Positions 10,404 through 19,486 of a stretch of DNA of 57,794 nt are shown piece after piece. The stretch is taken from contig JBGCDF010000302.1 of NCBI GenBank assembly GCA_045105095.1, positions 1 through 57,794 of the forward strand, given 5' to 3'. A model generated the notes under the pieces. That model did not search any database and was not told the origin of the DNA. It was given only the letters and a program-made list of their open reading frames with translations. Position numbers and translations under genes: made by a program. Positions within the stretch are counted from its first letter, which is position 1. The number at the start of each line of letters is the position of its first letter. Source of the stretch: Crocinitomicaceae bacterium (GTDB lineage Bacteria > Bacteroidota > Bacteroidia > Flavobacteriales_D > Crocinitomicaceae).

Positions 10404-10979
10404 TTAAAGAACCTTTAATGCTCCTTTAATCAGCTGCTCAACTGACTCTTCTCCAGTTGCTATTTTATCTATCGCTTTTTCCGCTGCTTTCTTATCAAAA
10501 CCTAGGGAAATCAATGCTGTTAACGCATCAAATCGACTTGTATTGTTCGTATTGAACATATTTTCGGATGAAAAGCTCATTTTTAACATTTTATCCTTCA
10601 AATCGACGATGACACGTTGTGCCGTTTTCGCACCAATCCCTTTAACACTTTGGATTGTTCGAACATCTTCATTCTGAATGGCTCCTGCAATTTCTTCAGG
10701 CACCATCGATGACAACATGATCATTGCCGTGCTTGGTCCTATCCCAGACACTGACACCAAATGGTTAAACATTTCGCGCTCTTCTTTCGTAGCGAATCCA
10801 TATAGGATTTGTGCATCCTCCCGTACAACGAACTTCGTAAAAAGTTTAAGGTTCTCATCATTTCCAATTGTGGAGAAGGTATTGAGTGATATTTTCACCT
10901 CATAACCGACACCACCACAATCGATAACTACTTCAGTTGGAGCTTTTTCTACTAAACGTCCATTTAATTGAGCAATCAT
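10404..10979 (-). CDS. ruvA: Holliday junction branch migration complex subunit RuvA
   Basis: 191 aa. MIAQLNGRLVEK..VVIDCGGVGYEV.., HhH motifs (VSGIGPSTAMIML, VKGIGAKTAQRVIVDLKDK), and C-terminal domain III (ALISLGFDKKAAEKAI). Confidence 0.93.
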   Translation of the reverse strand: MIAQLNGRLVEKAPTEVVIDCGGVGYEVKISLNTFSTIGNDENLKLFTKFVVREDAQILYGFATKEEREMFNHLVSVSGIGPSTAMIMLSSMVPEEIAGAIQNEDVRTIQSVKGIGAKTAQRVIVDLKDKMLKMSFSSENMFNTNNTSRFDALTALISLGFDKKAAEKAIDKIATGEESVEQLIKGALKVL

Positions 10980-10982
10980 ACC

Positions 10983-13247
10983 TTATTTGTTTTGAGCGTC
11001 TACTACGGCAACTTTCACCATGTTAATAATCTCGCGAACTGAAGCTCCCATTTGCAACACATGGATGGATTTTCTCAATCCAACCAAGATTGGACCGATT
11101 GAATCATCGTCGTTGATTTCTTGTAACAGCTTGTACGCAATATTTCCGGCTGCTAAATTCGGAAAGATCAAGGTGTTGACTTTCTTGTTTGAAAGCGTAG
11201 AGAAAGAGAATTTTTCATTCATCAACTCATTGTTCAACGCAAAGTTCGCTTGTACCTCTCCGTCAACAATCAAATTTGGGTTTTTCTCATGGATGATCTT
11301 CGCAGCCTTCGCCATTTTCGTAGCGTCTTCGCCCGTTCCTGAGCCAAAGTTTGAGTAACTCAACAAGGCAATTCGTGGTGTTACTTTGAATTTTCTAATG
11401 GTCTTAGCAACATTCACCGTGATCTCCGCGATATCTTCAGCCGTAGGGTTCACATTTAGTGTTGTATCAGCAAGGAAAAGAGGACCTCGCTTAGTATCCA
11501 GGATATACATTCCTGCCACAACGTTCATATCCTTTTGCAATCCGACTGTTTGAATAACTGGTCGTACAACATCACGGTAGTTTCTGGAAATTCCTGAAAG
11601 CATTGCATCAGCATCACCAGATTCAACCATCATGGCTCCAAAATGGTTTCGCTCACGCATGATTCGAATTGCTTCAAACTCTGTAACGCCTTTGCGCATG
11701 CGTTTCTCGAAGAACTTCAATCCATATTCTTTACGACGTTCTTCTTCTTCATCAGACTTCGGATCGATGATTTCCACTTCTGGGAATTCCATCATGTACT
11801 CTTCAATCAATCCTTCAATTACATGCTTTTTACCTAGCAAAATTGGGTAGGCTACACCTTCTTCCCAAGCAGTTTGCGCAGCCTTCAATATTTTGATGTT
11901 ATCTGCTTCAGCGTATACAACACGTTTCGGTGAACGTTGTGCTTTTTCAGTGATATTACGAATCAGTTTGTTATCCAAACCAAGACGGTTCTTCAGTTCC
12001 ATTTCGTATGCATCCCAATCTGAAATCGGCTCTTTAGCCACTCCAGATTCCATTGCTGCTTTAGCCACTGCTGGCGCTACGTAGTAAATCAATCGTGTAT
12101 CGATCGGCTTTGGAATAATTTGCTCACGACCAAACGAAATGTTTTTCTCACCGTAGGCTTCAATTACTTCTTCTGGAATTGTTTCTTTTGCTAATGACGC
12201 AATTGCTTTTACTGCCGCCAGCTTCATCTCTTCGTTGATCGTCGTAGCTCGAACGTCCATCGCCCCTCTAAAAATAAACGGGAAACCGAGTACGTTATTT
12301 ACCTGATTAGGATGATCAGAACGCCCCGTTGCCATGATAATGTCCTTACGAACCGACGTTGCGTCCTTGTATGAAATTTCGGGTTCTGGATTAGCCAATG
12401 CAAAAACAATTGGGTCTTTCGCCATTACCTTGATCATTTCCTTTTCGACCAAACCACCTCTCGATAAGCCAAGGAATACATCTGCTTTCTTGAATGCATC
12501 AGCAAAAGCGACATCTTTCTTGTGATTGGCAAAGAAAACTTTCGTTTCGTCAAGGTCTGTTCGTCCCTTGTGAATCAATCCTTTTGAGTCAAACATGTAA
12601 ATGTTCGACAGTTTCGCACCTAGTGCATGATATAATTTCGCGCAAGAAAGTGCCGATGCTCCCGCACCTGATACAACAATCTTTACTTTTTCAATTTTCT
12701 TTTTCGCCAACTCCAAGGCGTTCAATAAAGCCGCCGATGAAATGATCGCCGTTCCGTGCTGATCATCATGCATGATTGGAATATCCAACTCAGCCTTCAA
12801 ACGCTCCTCAATTTCGAACGCTTCAGGTGCTTTAATGTCTTCAAGGTTTATTCCTCCAAACGTTGGAGCAATCGCTTTGACTGTTTGAATAAACAACTCC
12901 GGATCTGTTGCATCCACTTCTATATCGAACACATCAATATCGGCAAAGATTTTAAAGAGAAGTCCTTTCCCTTCCATCACTGGCTTTGATGCTTCCGGTC
13001 CAATGTCACCGAGTCCAAGTACGGCTGTACCGTTTGAGATAACGGCTACTAAATTCCCTTTACTCGTGTACTTATATACATCTTCTTTGTTCTCTGCAAT
13101 CTTCAAACAAGGCTCCGCTACACCTGGGGAATAGGCAAGGGAAAGGTCACGTTGAGTTGCGTAAGGTTTCGTTGGTATTACCTCAATTTTACCTGGTTTT
13201 CCAGTTGAATGATAATCGAGGGCATCTTGTTTTCTAATTTTCGCCAT
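10983..13247 (-). CDS. maeB: NADP-dependent malic enzyme (malic enzyme domain plus C-terminal phosphotransacetylase-like domain)
   Basis: 754 aa. DLSLAYSPGVAEPC, VVSNGTAVLGLGDIGP-like segment, FGGINLEDIKAPE, GAGASA Rossmann motif, and a PTA-like C-terminal half. Confidence 0.93.
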   Translation of the reverse strand: MAKIRKQDALDYHSTGKPGKIEVIPTKPYATQRDLSLAYSPGVAEPCLKIAENKEDVYKYTSKGNLVAVISNGTAVLGLGDIGPEASKPVMEGKGLLFKIFADIDVFDIEVDATDPELFIQTVKAIAPTFGGINLEDIKAPEAFEIEERLKAELDIPIMHDDQHGTAIISSAALLNALELAKKKIEKVKIVVSGAGASALSCAKLYHALGAKLSNIYMFDSKGLIHKGRTDLDETKVFFANHKKDVAFADAFKKADVFLGLSRGGLVEKEMIKVMAKDPIVFALANPEPEISYKDATSVRKDIIMATGRSDHPNQVNNVLGFPFIFRGAMDVRATTINEEMKLAAVKAIASLAKETIPEEVIEAYGEKNISFGREQIIPKPIDTRLIYYVAPAVAKAAMESGVAKEPISDWDAYEMELKNRLGLDNKLIRNITEKAQRSPKRVVYAEADNIKILKAAQTAWEEGVAYPILLGKKHVIEGLIEEYMMEFPEVEIIDPKSDEEEERRKEYGLKFFEKRMRKGVTEFEAIRIMRERNHFGAMMVESGDADAMLSGISRNYRDVVRPVIQTVGLQKDMNVVAGMYILDTKRGPLFLADTTLNVNPTAEDIAEITVNVAKTIRKFKVTPRIALLSYSNFGSGTGEDATKMAKAAKIIHEKNPNLIVDGEVQANFALNNELMNEKFSFSTLSNKKVNTLIFPNLAAGNIAYKLLQEINDDDSIGPILVGLRKSIHVLQMGASVREIINMVKVAVVDAQNK

Positions 13248-13309
13248 AAGTTGGTCGCTTTTGAAGCTGTCAAAGATACGAAAATGCTTTCGGAATAAGG
13301 TCTGGAAAT

Positions 13310-13361
13310 TAAAAAAGCCGCTTATCCTATTCCGATGGTTATCGGAACAGAATAAACGGCT
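13310..13361 (-). terminator. Candidate rho-independent terminator downstream of the 13414-15312 gene
   Basis: The minus strand reads AGCCGTTTATTCTGTTCCGATAACCATCGGAATAGGATAAGCGGCT, an imperfect long hairpin, followed by TTTTTAATTT. Confidence 0.5.
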
Positions 13362-13413
13362 CTAAATCTATTCACCTACTTCCGTTAGAAAGTGGGCTTT
13401 CGCATAATCAATA

Positions 13414-15312
13414 TTACTTGATTACAAGAGTTTGCGTGTAAGAAGCTCCCTCAGTAGCAACGCTAACAAGGTAGTTTCCGCTCATCAACTCAGCAGTTGG
13501 AACTGCGATGTTCTGAGCACCAGACAAGTTTGAGTAAGCGTTAGTTGAAACTACGCGTCCTGCCATGTCAGTAATTGTAATTGTGTAATCTCCTGTCGCA
13601 TCGAAAGCAACGTTTACGTTGTCAGTCGCTGGGTTAGGGAATACATTCATGTTAATTGATTCTGGTCCTTCTTCAAGTCCAACAACCAAATCAACTTCCT
13701 TCGCGTTAACGATTTCTCCTGTAGCGTTATCCAACAACAACACAACTACGTGCGTATTGTTTTCATCACTTGTTGCAGGAACAGTGTAGTTAAACGTGTA
13801 AGTAGCAACTGTACCGTCAGTGATTGTAGCAGGAACTGACCCAGCTTGTCCATCGTATCCTCCTAACAATGACATACCAACGTGATGGTATACCATATGA
13901 GCAGCAGGAACTGGGTTTGGAAGACTTTCGTATCCTCCCATTGGTCCATTACCTCCACCAGCATAAGCATTTGCTTGAGCCCATTGAGATCCTGTTCCTG
14001 TAAGACCGTTTTCAGTAATAACTACTGCTAAACGGAAGTCAGCACCTGAAACTGGAGTGTAGAAACTTGCAGAAGCTTCGATAGTCATGTTACCTCCTGT
14101 TCCTGTAACTGTAGCATCTACGTTTGCAGGAACTCCTAAGTTCACGCGATCGTTGTAGTATGCTTCGAAAGCAGCTTGTGATACAGATACTCCTAATAAA
14201 GCACGGTCAACGTTTGCTCCTGGGAATCCAGAGATTCCAGCTCCGTTATCATACTCAGTAATTGTCATTGGGTCACCATTGTGAACAGCAATACCAACGA
14301 AATCACTTGGATACGTCGCGATCATATGATCCATTGCAACGATTCCACGCGTACACCATGGACACCATGTTCCTGTACCTTCTTCAATAACAACCGCTTT
14401 GTCAGTTTGTTGACTCAACGTGTTGTGCAATGCAGAACTAGAGTTGTTTGAAGGATCTCCATCAGTTGTTGCGTTTACAGCAGTAATTGTAACAGCGATA
14501 TTTTGCTCAACAGCAGTTGCGTAAGTTACAGCGTCTGGGTGATCTACAGAAGCAGAAGCACCTGGTGCGATGTTTACAGTCACAGTTTGAGCGTGAGCAG
14601 TACCATCGTTCCAATCGATTTCCAAAGAAGTAATAGCGTTACCACCAACGTTTGTTACTTCAGCAGTAAGTGTTTCGTTTGCGTTCAACATTGACCAACG
14701 TGCCAAGTTTACAGCAGTAAGACTTGCATCGTTTTGAGCTGGCTCCTTAACAACAACGTTGTCGATAGCCAAACCAGTTGCCCATGTTCCATCATCATTG
14801 TAAATCCAACGAACGTGACAAGCTGTCAAGTTCGAAACACCAGAAAGTGCAGCGTCTAAAGAAACGATGTTGCCAGCCCAATCCAAGTTACCTTGGTTAG
14901 TTGTGTTGTGTGTGTAAACGTTTGCCCATGTAACACCACCGTCAACAGAAACTTCTACTTCGTGAGGTACAGATGGTCCGTAACTCATATCATCAATGAA
15001 ATCGTATTCAAGTACAACACTTGACAAACCAGTTAAATCCATTGCTGGAGATGTCAAAGTTGCGTTAGACATATCACAGTTACAAACATCGTCATTCGCC
15101 ATTGCGAAATTAGTTCCACCGTTGATTGGCCAATAAGCAGCAGCGTTGGCTGCAGCTGCGTCTCCAGTGTAGAATTCACCTCCGGCTGTAGCCGCTGATG
15201 TAGTCCATCCAGTTGGAAGAGCTGGAGTTCCAGCTTCGAAATCTTCTGAAAGCACTTGCGAAAACGCGCTACCTGCTATAAGAAGACTCCCACAGAGTAA
15301 TAAATTTTTCAT
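13414..15312 (-). CDS. Secreted T9SS cargo: choice-of-anchor-J-like N-domain, Omp28-related/thioredoxin-like CxxC domain, T9SS C-terminal domain
   Basis: Signal peptide MKNLLLCGSLLIAGSAFSQ. N-terminal LSEDFEAG..LPTGWT. VIEEGTGTWCPWCTRG (CxxC encoded at 14353-14367). C-terminal VFPNPATDNVNVAF...GNYLVSVATEGASYTQTLVIK. Confidence 0.72.
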   Translation of the reverse strand: MKNLLLCGSLLIAGSAFSQVLSEDFEAGTPALPTGWTTSAATAGGEFYTGDAAAANAAAYWPINGGTNFAMANDDVCNCDMSNATLTSPAMDLTGLSSVVLEYDFIDDMSYGPSVPHEVEVSVDGGVTWANVYTHNTTNQGNLDWAGNIVSLDAALSGVSNLTACHVRWIYNDDGTWATGLAIDNVVVKEPAQNDASLTAVNLARWSMLNANETLTAEVTNVGGNAITSLEIDWNDGTAHAQTVTVNIAPGASASVDHPDAVTYATAVEQNIAVTITAVNATTDGDPSNNSSSALHNTLSQQTDKAVVIEEGTGTWCPWCTRGIVAMDHMIATYPSDFVGIAVHNGDPMTITEYDNGAGISGFPGANVDRALLGVSVSQAAFEAYYNDRVNLGVPANVDATVTGTGGNMTIEASASFYTPVSGADFRLAVVITENGLTGTGSQWAQANAYAGGGNGPMGGYESLPNPVPAAHMVYHHVGMSLLGGYDGQAGSVPATITDGTVATYTFNYTVPATSDENNTHVVVLLLDNATGEIVNAKEVDLVVGLEEGPESINMNVFPNPATDNVNVAFDATGDYTITITDMAGRVVSTNAYSNLSGAQNIAVPTAELMSGNYLVSVATEGASYTQTLVIK

Positions 15313-15369
15313 AGTTTTTTTGTTCTTAAATTAATGTTAGTTCTAAAAATCAAAACCAAAGATAAGTGA

Positions 15370-15400
15370 TTGCACTACTCAAAGCAAATAGATAAGTTTG
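15370..15400 (+). promoter_or_regulatory. Candidate Bacteroidota-type promoter for the Sir2 gene (TTG-N20-TAAGTTTG)
   Basis: TTG at 15370-15372 and TAAGTTTG at 15393-15400 match the TTG/TAnnTTTG consensus. The site lies on top of the track's upstream TTG/GTG start at 15398, which argues for ATG 15452 as the real start. Confidence 0.4.
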
Positions 15401-15451
15401 TTTTGGGGTAGGCATATTGCATACACTCTTGTAAAGCTAAATGAACTGATT

Positions 15452-16159
15452 ATGAAATCAATGTTAAAAATTGTCGTATTCTCTGGTGCGGGAATGAGTG
15501 CAGAAAGTGGGATTCAGACTTTCCGAGATTCGAATGGCCTGTGGGAAAACTACAAAATCGAAGATGTTGCTACGCCTCAGGCATGGGCAAAGGACCCCGA
15601 TCTCGTGACAGATTTCTACAATCAGCGTAGAAAGACCATTATTGAGGCATCTCCGAACAACGCACACATCGGAGTGAAAGCACTGGAAGAACTTGCAGAA
15701 GTATTGGTCATCACCCAAAACATTGATGATTTACACGAGCGCGCCGGCAGTTCAAACGTCCTTCACTTGCATGGCAATATCCGACTGGCAAAAAGTTCAG
15801 GCCCTGATCAGGAAAAGAAATACTACTCTATAGATGATTGGAAACTTGATGAGACATCCGTTTGCCCTGACGGCTACAGGCTCCGACCGCACGTAGTATG
15901 GTTTGGTGAAGATGTTCCCTGCTACGAGCAAGCCGCTATTCAACTAGATGGCGCTAATATTTTGATTGTGATTGGAACCTCGTTACAAGTATATCCAGCA
16001 GCTGGACTCATTCAATTTGCGACGAAGGCGGAACACAAATATATTATCGATCCGAAGGCGGACGAACTTAGTGTGCCTGCAGAGTTTATAAAACTGAATG
16101 CTACCGCGAGCGATGGAATCGCCGCTATTCTAGAGGAACTAAAGAATAAACTCTCTTGA
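15452..16159 (+). CDS. cobB: NAD-dependent protein deacylase, Sir2/CobB family
   Basis: GAGMSAESGIQTFRDSNGLW, ITQNIDDLHERAGS, LHLHGN, RPHVVWFGE, VIGTSLQVYPAA. Confidence 0.88.
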   Translation: MKSMLKIVVFSGAGMSAESGIQTFRDSNGLWENYKIEDVATPQAWAKDPDLVTDFYNQRRKTIIEASPNNAHIGVKALEELAEVLVITQNIDDLHERAGSSNVLHLHGNIRLAKSSGPDQEKKYYSIDDWKLDETSVCPDGYRLRPHVVWFGEDVPCYEQAAIQLDGANILIVIGTSLQVYPAAGLIQFATKAEHKYIIDPKADELSVPAEFIKLNATASDGIAAILEELKNKLS

Positions 16160-16160
16160 G

Positions 16161-16907
16161 TTATTTCTTCTTTGAACTTTTCACGAAGTTCTCAATCGCA
16201 CCCGTCATTGACGGAGCATTTGGTTGAGGAGCGTGCAAGTCTAAACGCATATTGTTGTCTACAATTGCTTTCGCTGTAGTTGGACCAAAAGCGGCAATAA
16301 CTGTATCGTTCTGCTTGAATTCAGGGAAGTTCTTCACAAGTGACTCAACTCCTCCAGGACTGTAGAACACCAACATATCGTAGTATACATTTTCCAAATC
16401 TGACAGATCAGAAGCAACCGTTCTATATAGCACGGCCTTCGTAAAGTTCAGGTTGTTCGCCGAAAGTGTATCTGGAATTTTATCTCTCAAACGGTCAGTA
16501 CACGGCAACAAGAATGTTTCTTTCTTGTGCTTCTTTAAGATATCTACCAAATCATCTATACGCTGTTTACCGAAGAAAATCTTACGCTTACGGTAGGCAA
16601 CATATTTCTGGAGATAATACGCCACGGCTTCGGATATACAGAAGTACTTCATTGAATCTGGCACTTCGTACCGCAATTCTTCCGCTATTCTGAAGTAATG
16701 ATCCACGGCATTTTTGGAAGTTAAGATGATGCCTGAATGTTTCTCCAATTCAACTTTCTGAGTTCGAAACTCTTGTGCCCCAATCCCTTCAACATGAATA
16801 AAAGAACGGAAATCAATTTTTAAGCTATACTTGTCAGCTAAATCAAAGTAAGGAGACTTCGTTCCTTCAGGCTTCGGTTGAGATACTAATATTGTTTTTA
16901 CTCCCAC
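16161..16907 (-). CDS. Uroporphyrinogen-III synthase (HemD) family protein
   Basis: 248 aa with a two-lobed HemD-like pattern (ILVSQPKPE.., ILTSKNAVDHYF.., VFYSPGGVESL.., AAFGPTTAKAI). From memory, pairing with a DUF4271 membrane protein is a conserved Bacteroidota arrangement. Confidence 0.65.
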   Translation of the reverse strand: MGVKTILVSQPKPEGTKSPYFDLADKYSLKIDFRSFIHVEGIGAQEFRTQKVELEKHSGIILTSKNAVDHYFRIAEELRYEVPDSMKYFCISEAVAYYLQKYVAYRKRKIFFGKQRIDDLVDILKKHKKETFLLPCTDRLRDKIPDTLSANNLNFTKAVLYRTVASDLSDLENVYYDMLVFYSPGGVESLVKNFPEFKQNDTVIAAFGPTTAKAIVDNNMRLDLHAPQPNAPSMTGAIENFVKSSKKK

Positions 16908-16933
16908 TGGTCAACAGTTTAAGTCAAGTTATT

Positions 16934-17626
16934 CTAGTAGAAATCCCGTGTCAATGCAATCGTTAACATTAGCAAAGGCAGAATTTCGAGGGTGCAAAAA
17001 TACAAAATTATATAATACCATGAAACTCCACGTTTTAAAACTAGGTTTACACTCTTCACTATTCGAAAAATAGACTCAGCAAAAAACAAGACTAAAGCCA
17101 ACTGAGCAAACATAGTTCCCTGACCAGAGTTGAATAACCAGAGTACTGCACAGAAGAAATAAATTAACCCCAAAAATTGCGCACCAATAATCTTTAAGGT
17201 GATCGGTTCTTCAAATACTCCAGAGGCACCTGTCAACCAGTGAGTAATTTGAAAACAGGAAAGATTCCAAATGAGTAAGCCAACAGGTAAAATAAATACC
17301 AGAGCATTGCTAGGTAGTTGTATGGAATTATTGCTTTGCACATACAAGTAACAAATCGCTCCTGCGGACAAGATGTAATTCAGGAGTAATAACAAAGAGC
17401 TTGGTTTGCCCAAAGGCATCGTTTCCTTTACATGAGATACTACTCCTAGAAACTTTCCGTTTGCTAGAATGAGGCTCTGATAAATCCCTGTCCGTGCAAA
17501 CCGTGCAAGAGCGAGTGTGATGAAAGCAACGAACAGCACATAACCCATCATCCACTCTAAAGAATGAAAACGAGGGATGAGCTCATTTGGGATAGTTTCT
17601 AATGAAATACTTAGGTAAACGTTCAC
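16934..17626 (-). CDS. Polytopic membrane protein, DUF4271-like
   Basis: 230 aa with about 6 hydrophobic helices and a GTG start. The family assignment rests on recalled synteny with the HemD-like gene, not on a motif. Confidence 0.5.
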   Translation of the reverse strand: MNVYLSISLETIPNELIPRFHSLEWMMGYVLFVAFITLALARFARTGIYQSLILANGKFLGVVSHVKETMPLGKPSSLLLLLNYILSAGAICYLYVQSNNSIQLPSNALVFILPVGLLIWNLSCFQITHWLTGASGVFEEPITLKIIGAQFLGLIYFFCAVLWLFNSGQGTMFAQLALVLFFAESIFRIVKSVNLVLKRGVSWYYIILYFCTLEILPLLMLTIALTRDFY

Positions 17627-17893
17627 TTAATTCTACTTGTTTCTTGTTTTTTTATTGGTCAACGCAAAGTTACTCGTTGATCTCAACTTTTTTTAACACT
17701 CCTCAAAAATTATACCTGAATTCCACTCTAAAATGCACTCAGATCGCTTGAAAAGATTCATTTTTGAGTCTTAAAGAAGGAGAAATATTGGGGTATTTCA
17801 ATGAATTTAAGCGACAAAAATGTTCTATTTCTAGCGAAATCAATCTATCACTAACCCTTTTATGCGAATGTATTGTCGGAATATTTATTGCGC

Positions 17894-17907
17894 GATAGCG
17901 CGCTATC
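17894..17907. promoter_or_regulatory. Perfect 14-bp palindrome GATAGCGCGCTATC in a divergent intergenic region; candidate operator
   Basis: The sequence equals its own reverse complement. It lies 107 bp upstream of the acyl-CoA dehydrogenase ATG. A TAATTTTG -7-like box is at 17984-17991. Confidence 0.3.
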
Positions 17908-18013
17908 ACTTAAAAAGATCATCTAAATCCATTCTACCTAAAAGAATTTCTGAGAAGATTTTAGAATTGAACTCAGGTATAGTTAATTTTGCATTCAATA
18001 AATTCATTCAGAT

Positions 18014-19222
18014 ATGAGAACTGACTTATATACTCATCCGGACTACTACAACATGGATGATCTCCTTTCGGAAGAACACAAACTTGTGCGCGACGCTGCT
18101 CGTGCTTGGGTCAAGAAAGAGGTTTCACCAATTATTGATGAACATTACGAGAAAGCAACTTTCCCGAATCACATTTTGCCAGGACTTGGTGAAATTGGTG
18201 CTTTTGGACCCTATATTCCTGAAGAGTATGGAGGGCCAGGTTTGGATCAGATCTCGTATGGATTGATCATGCAAGAGTTGGAGAGATGTGATTCAGGTTT
18301 ACGCTCAACGGCTTCTGTTCAAAGTTCACTTGTGATGTATCCAATTTGGAAATACGGAAACGAGGAGCAACGCATGAAGTACCTTCCTAAGTTGGGAACT
18401 GGTGAAATGATTGGTTGTTTCGGATTAACGGAACCAGATCACGGATCGAATCCTGGTGGAATGATCACCAACTTCAAAGATGACGGAGACCACGTTATTT
18501 TAAATGGAGCAAAAATGTGGATTTCCAATGCGCCGTTTGCAGACATCGCTGTAGTTTGGGCAAAGAATGAAGCTGGACGTATTCATGGATTAGTTGTTGA
18601 AAGAGGAATGGAAGGTTTCACTACTCCGGAAATGCACGGTAAGTTATCACTTCGTGCCTCTGCGACAGGTGAGCTTATTTTTGATAACGTTCGCGTTCCA
18701 AAGGCAAACATACTTCCAAACAAATCTGGATTAGGTGCTCCACTTGGATGCCTGGATTCAGCTCGATATGGAATTGCTTGGGGTGCACTTGGAGCAGCAA
18801 TGGATTGTTACGATCAAGCTTTGCGTTACTCGAAAGAACGTACGCAGTTTGGAGTTCCAATTGGCTCATTTCAATTGATTCAAAAGAAGTTAGCTGAAAT
18901 GATTACGGAAATCACGAAAGCACAATTGTTGACACTGCGTCTTGGACAATTGAGAAACGATGGAAAAGCAACTTCAGCTCAAATCTCAATGGCGAAAAGA
19001 AACAACGTAGAGATTGCATTGGACATTGCTCGCGAAGCACGTCAAATCCATGGTGGAATGGGAATTACTAGTGAATACTCAATCATGCGTCACATGGCGA
19101 ACCTTGAATCAGTATTGACATATGAAGGAACTCACGATATCCACTTGTTGATTACTGGAATGGATGTAACAGGAATTCCATCTTTCACGCGTGAAGCGCC
19201 AGATCTTTCGAAGATGAAATAG
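18014..19222 (+). CDS. Acyl-CoA dehydrogenase (glutaryl-CoA dehydrogenase-like)
   Basis: 402 aa. GCFGLTEPDHGSNPGGM, KMWISNAPFADIAVVWAK, ERTQFGVPIGSFQLIQKKLAEM, YEGTHDIHLLITG. Confidence 0.88.
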   Translation: MRTDLYTHPDYYNMDDLLSEEHKLVRDAARAWVKKEVSPIIDEHYEKATFPNHILPGLGEIGAFGPYIPEEYGGPGLDQISYGLIMQELERCDSGLRSTASVQSSLVMYPIWKYGNEEQRMKYLPKLGTGEMIGCFGLTEPDHGSNPGGMITNFKDDGDHVILNGAKMWISNAPFADIAVVWAKNEAGRIHGLVVERGMEGFTTPEMHGKLSLRASATGELIFDNVRVPKANILPNKSGLGAPLGCLDSARYGIAWGALGAAMDCYDQALRYSKERTQFGVPIGSFQLIQKKLAEMITEITKAQLLTLRLGQLRNDGKATSAQISMAKRNNVEIALDIAREARQIHGGMGITSEYSIMRHMANLESVLTYEGTHDIHLLITGMDVTGIPSFTREAPDLSKMK

Positions 19223-19244
19223 AATAATTTCTCACGAAACGATG

Positions 19245-19296
19245 AACTCCGACTTTTCCCAATAGCTTTCGGGAAAAGTCGGAGTTTTTTGTTTTC
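19245..19296 (+). terminator. Rho-independent terminator of the acyl-CoA dehydrogenase gene
   Basis: AACTCCGACTTTTCCC (19245-19260) pairs perfectly with GGGAAAAGTCGGAGTT (19271-19286), followed by TTTTGTTTT. Confidence 0.85.
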
Positions 19297-19486
19297 AGAT
19301 ATTTCTACGTGCAATCCTATAATTGCGGATACTACAGAATCAAGAGTTACCTGAATCGTGTGATTCTATCAACTAACGGGTAAAAGTTGTCAAGAAAATG
19401 AATTACTTAACGACTTATATGCACGTGCATCTTAAGTAGCATTCGATTTAACTTGTTTCTTAGTAATTAAAACGACAGTGCGTTCC

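Noticed and set aside
15398-15451. Longer N-terminus for the Sir2 gene (track start 15398)
   Set aside because: The extension overlaps a good TTG-N20-TAAGTTTG promoter and adds a non-conserved leader. ATG 15452 begins directly before the conserved GAGMSAESGI motif.
15452-16159. Sir2 as a defence-system effector (Thoeris/DSR-like)
   Set aside because: It is a short, stand-alone CobB-type deacylase with all catalytic motifs. It has no TIR, ThsB or large N-terminal partner domain and no defence neighbours. Housekeeping is the simpler reading.
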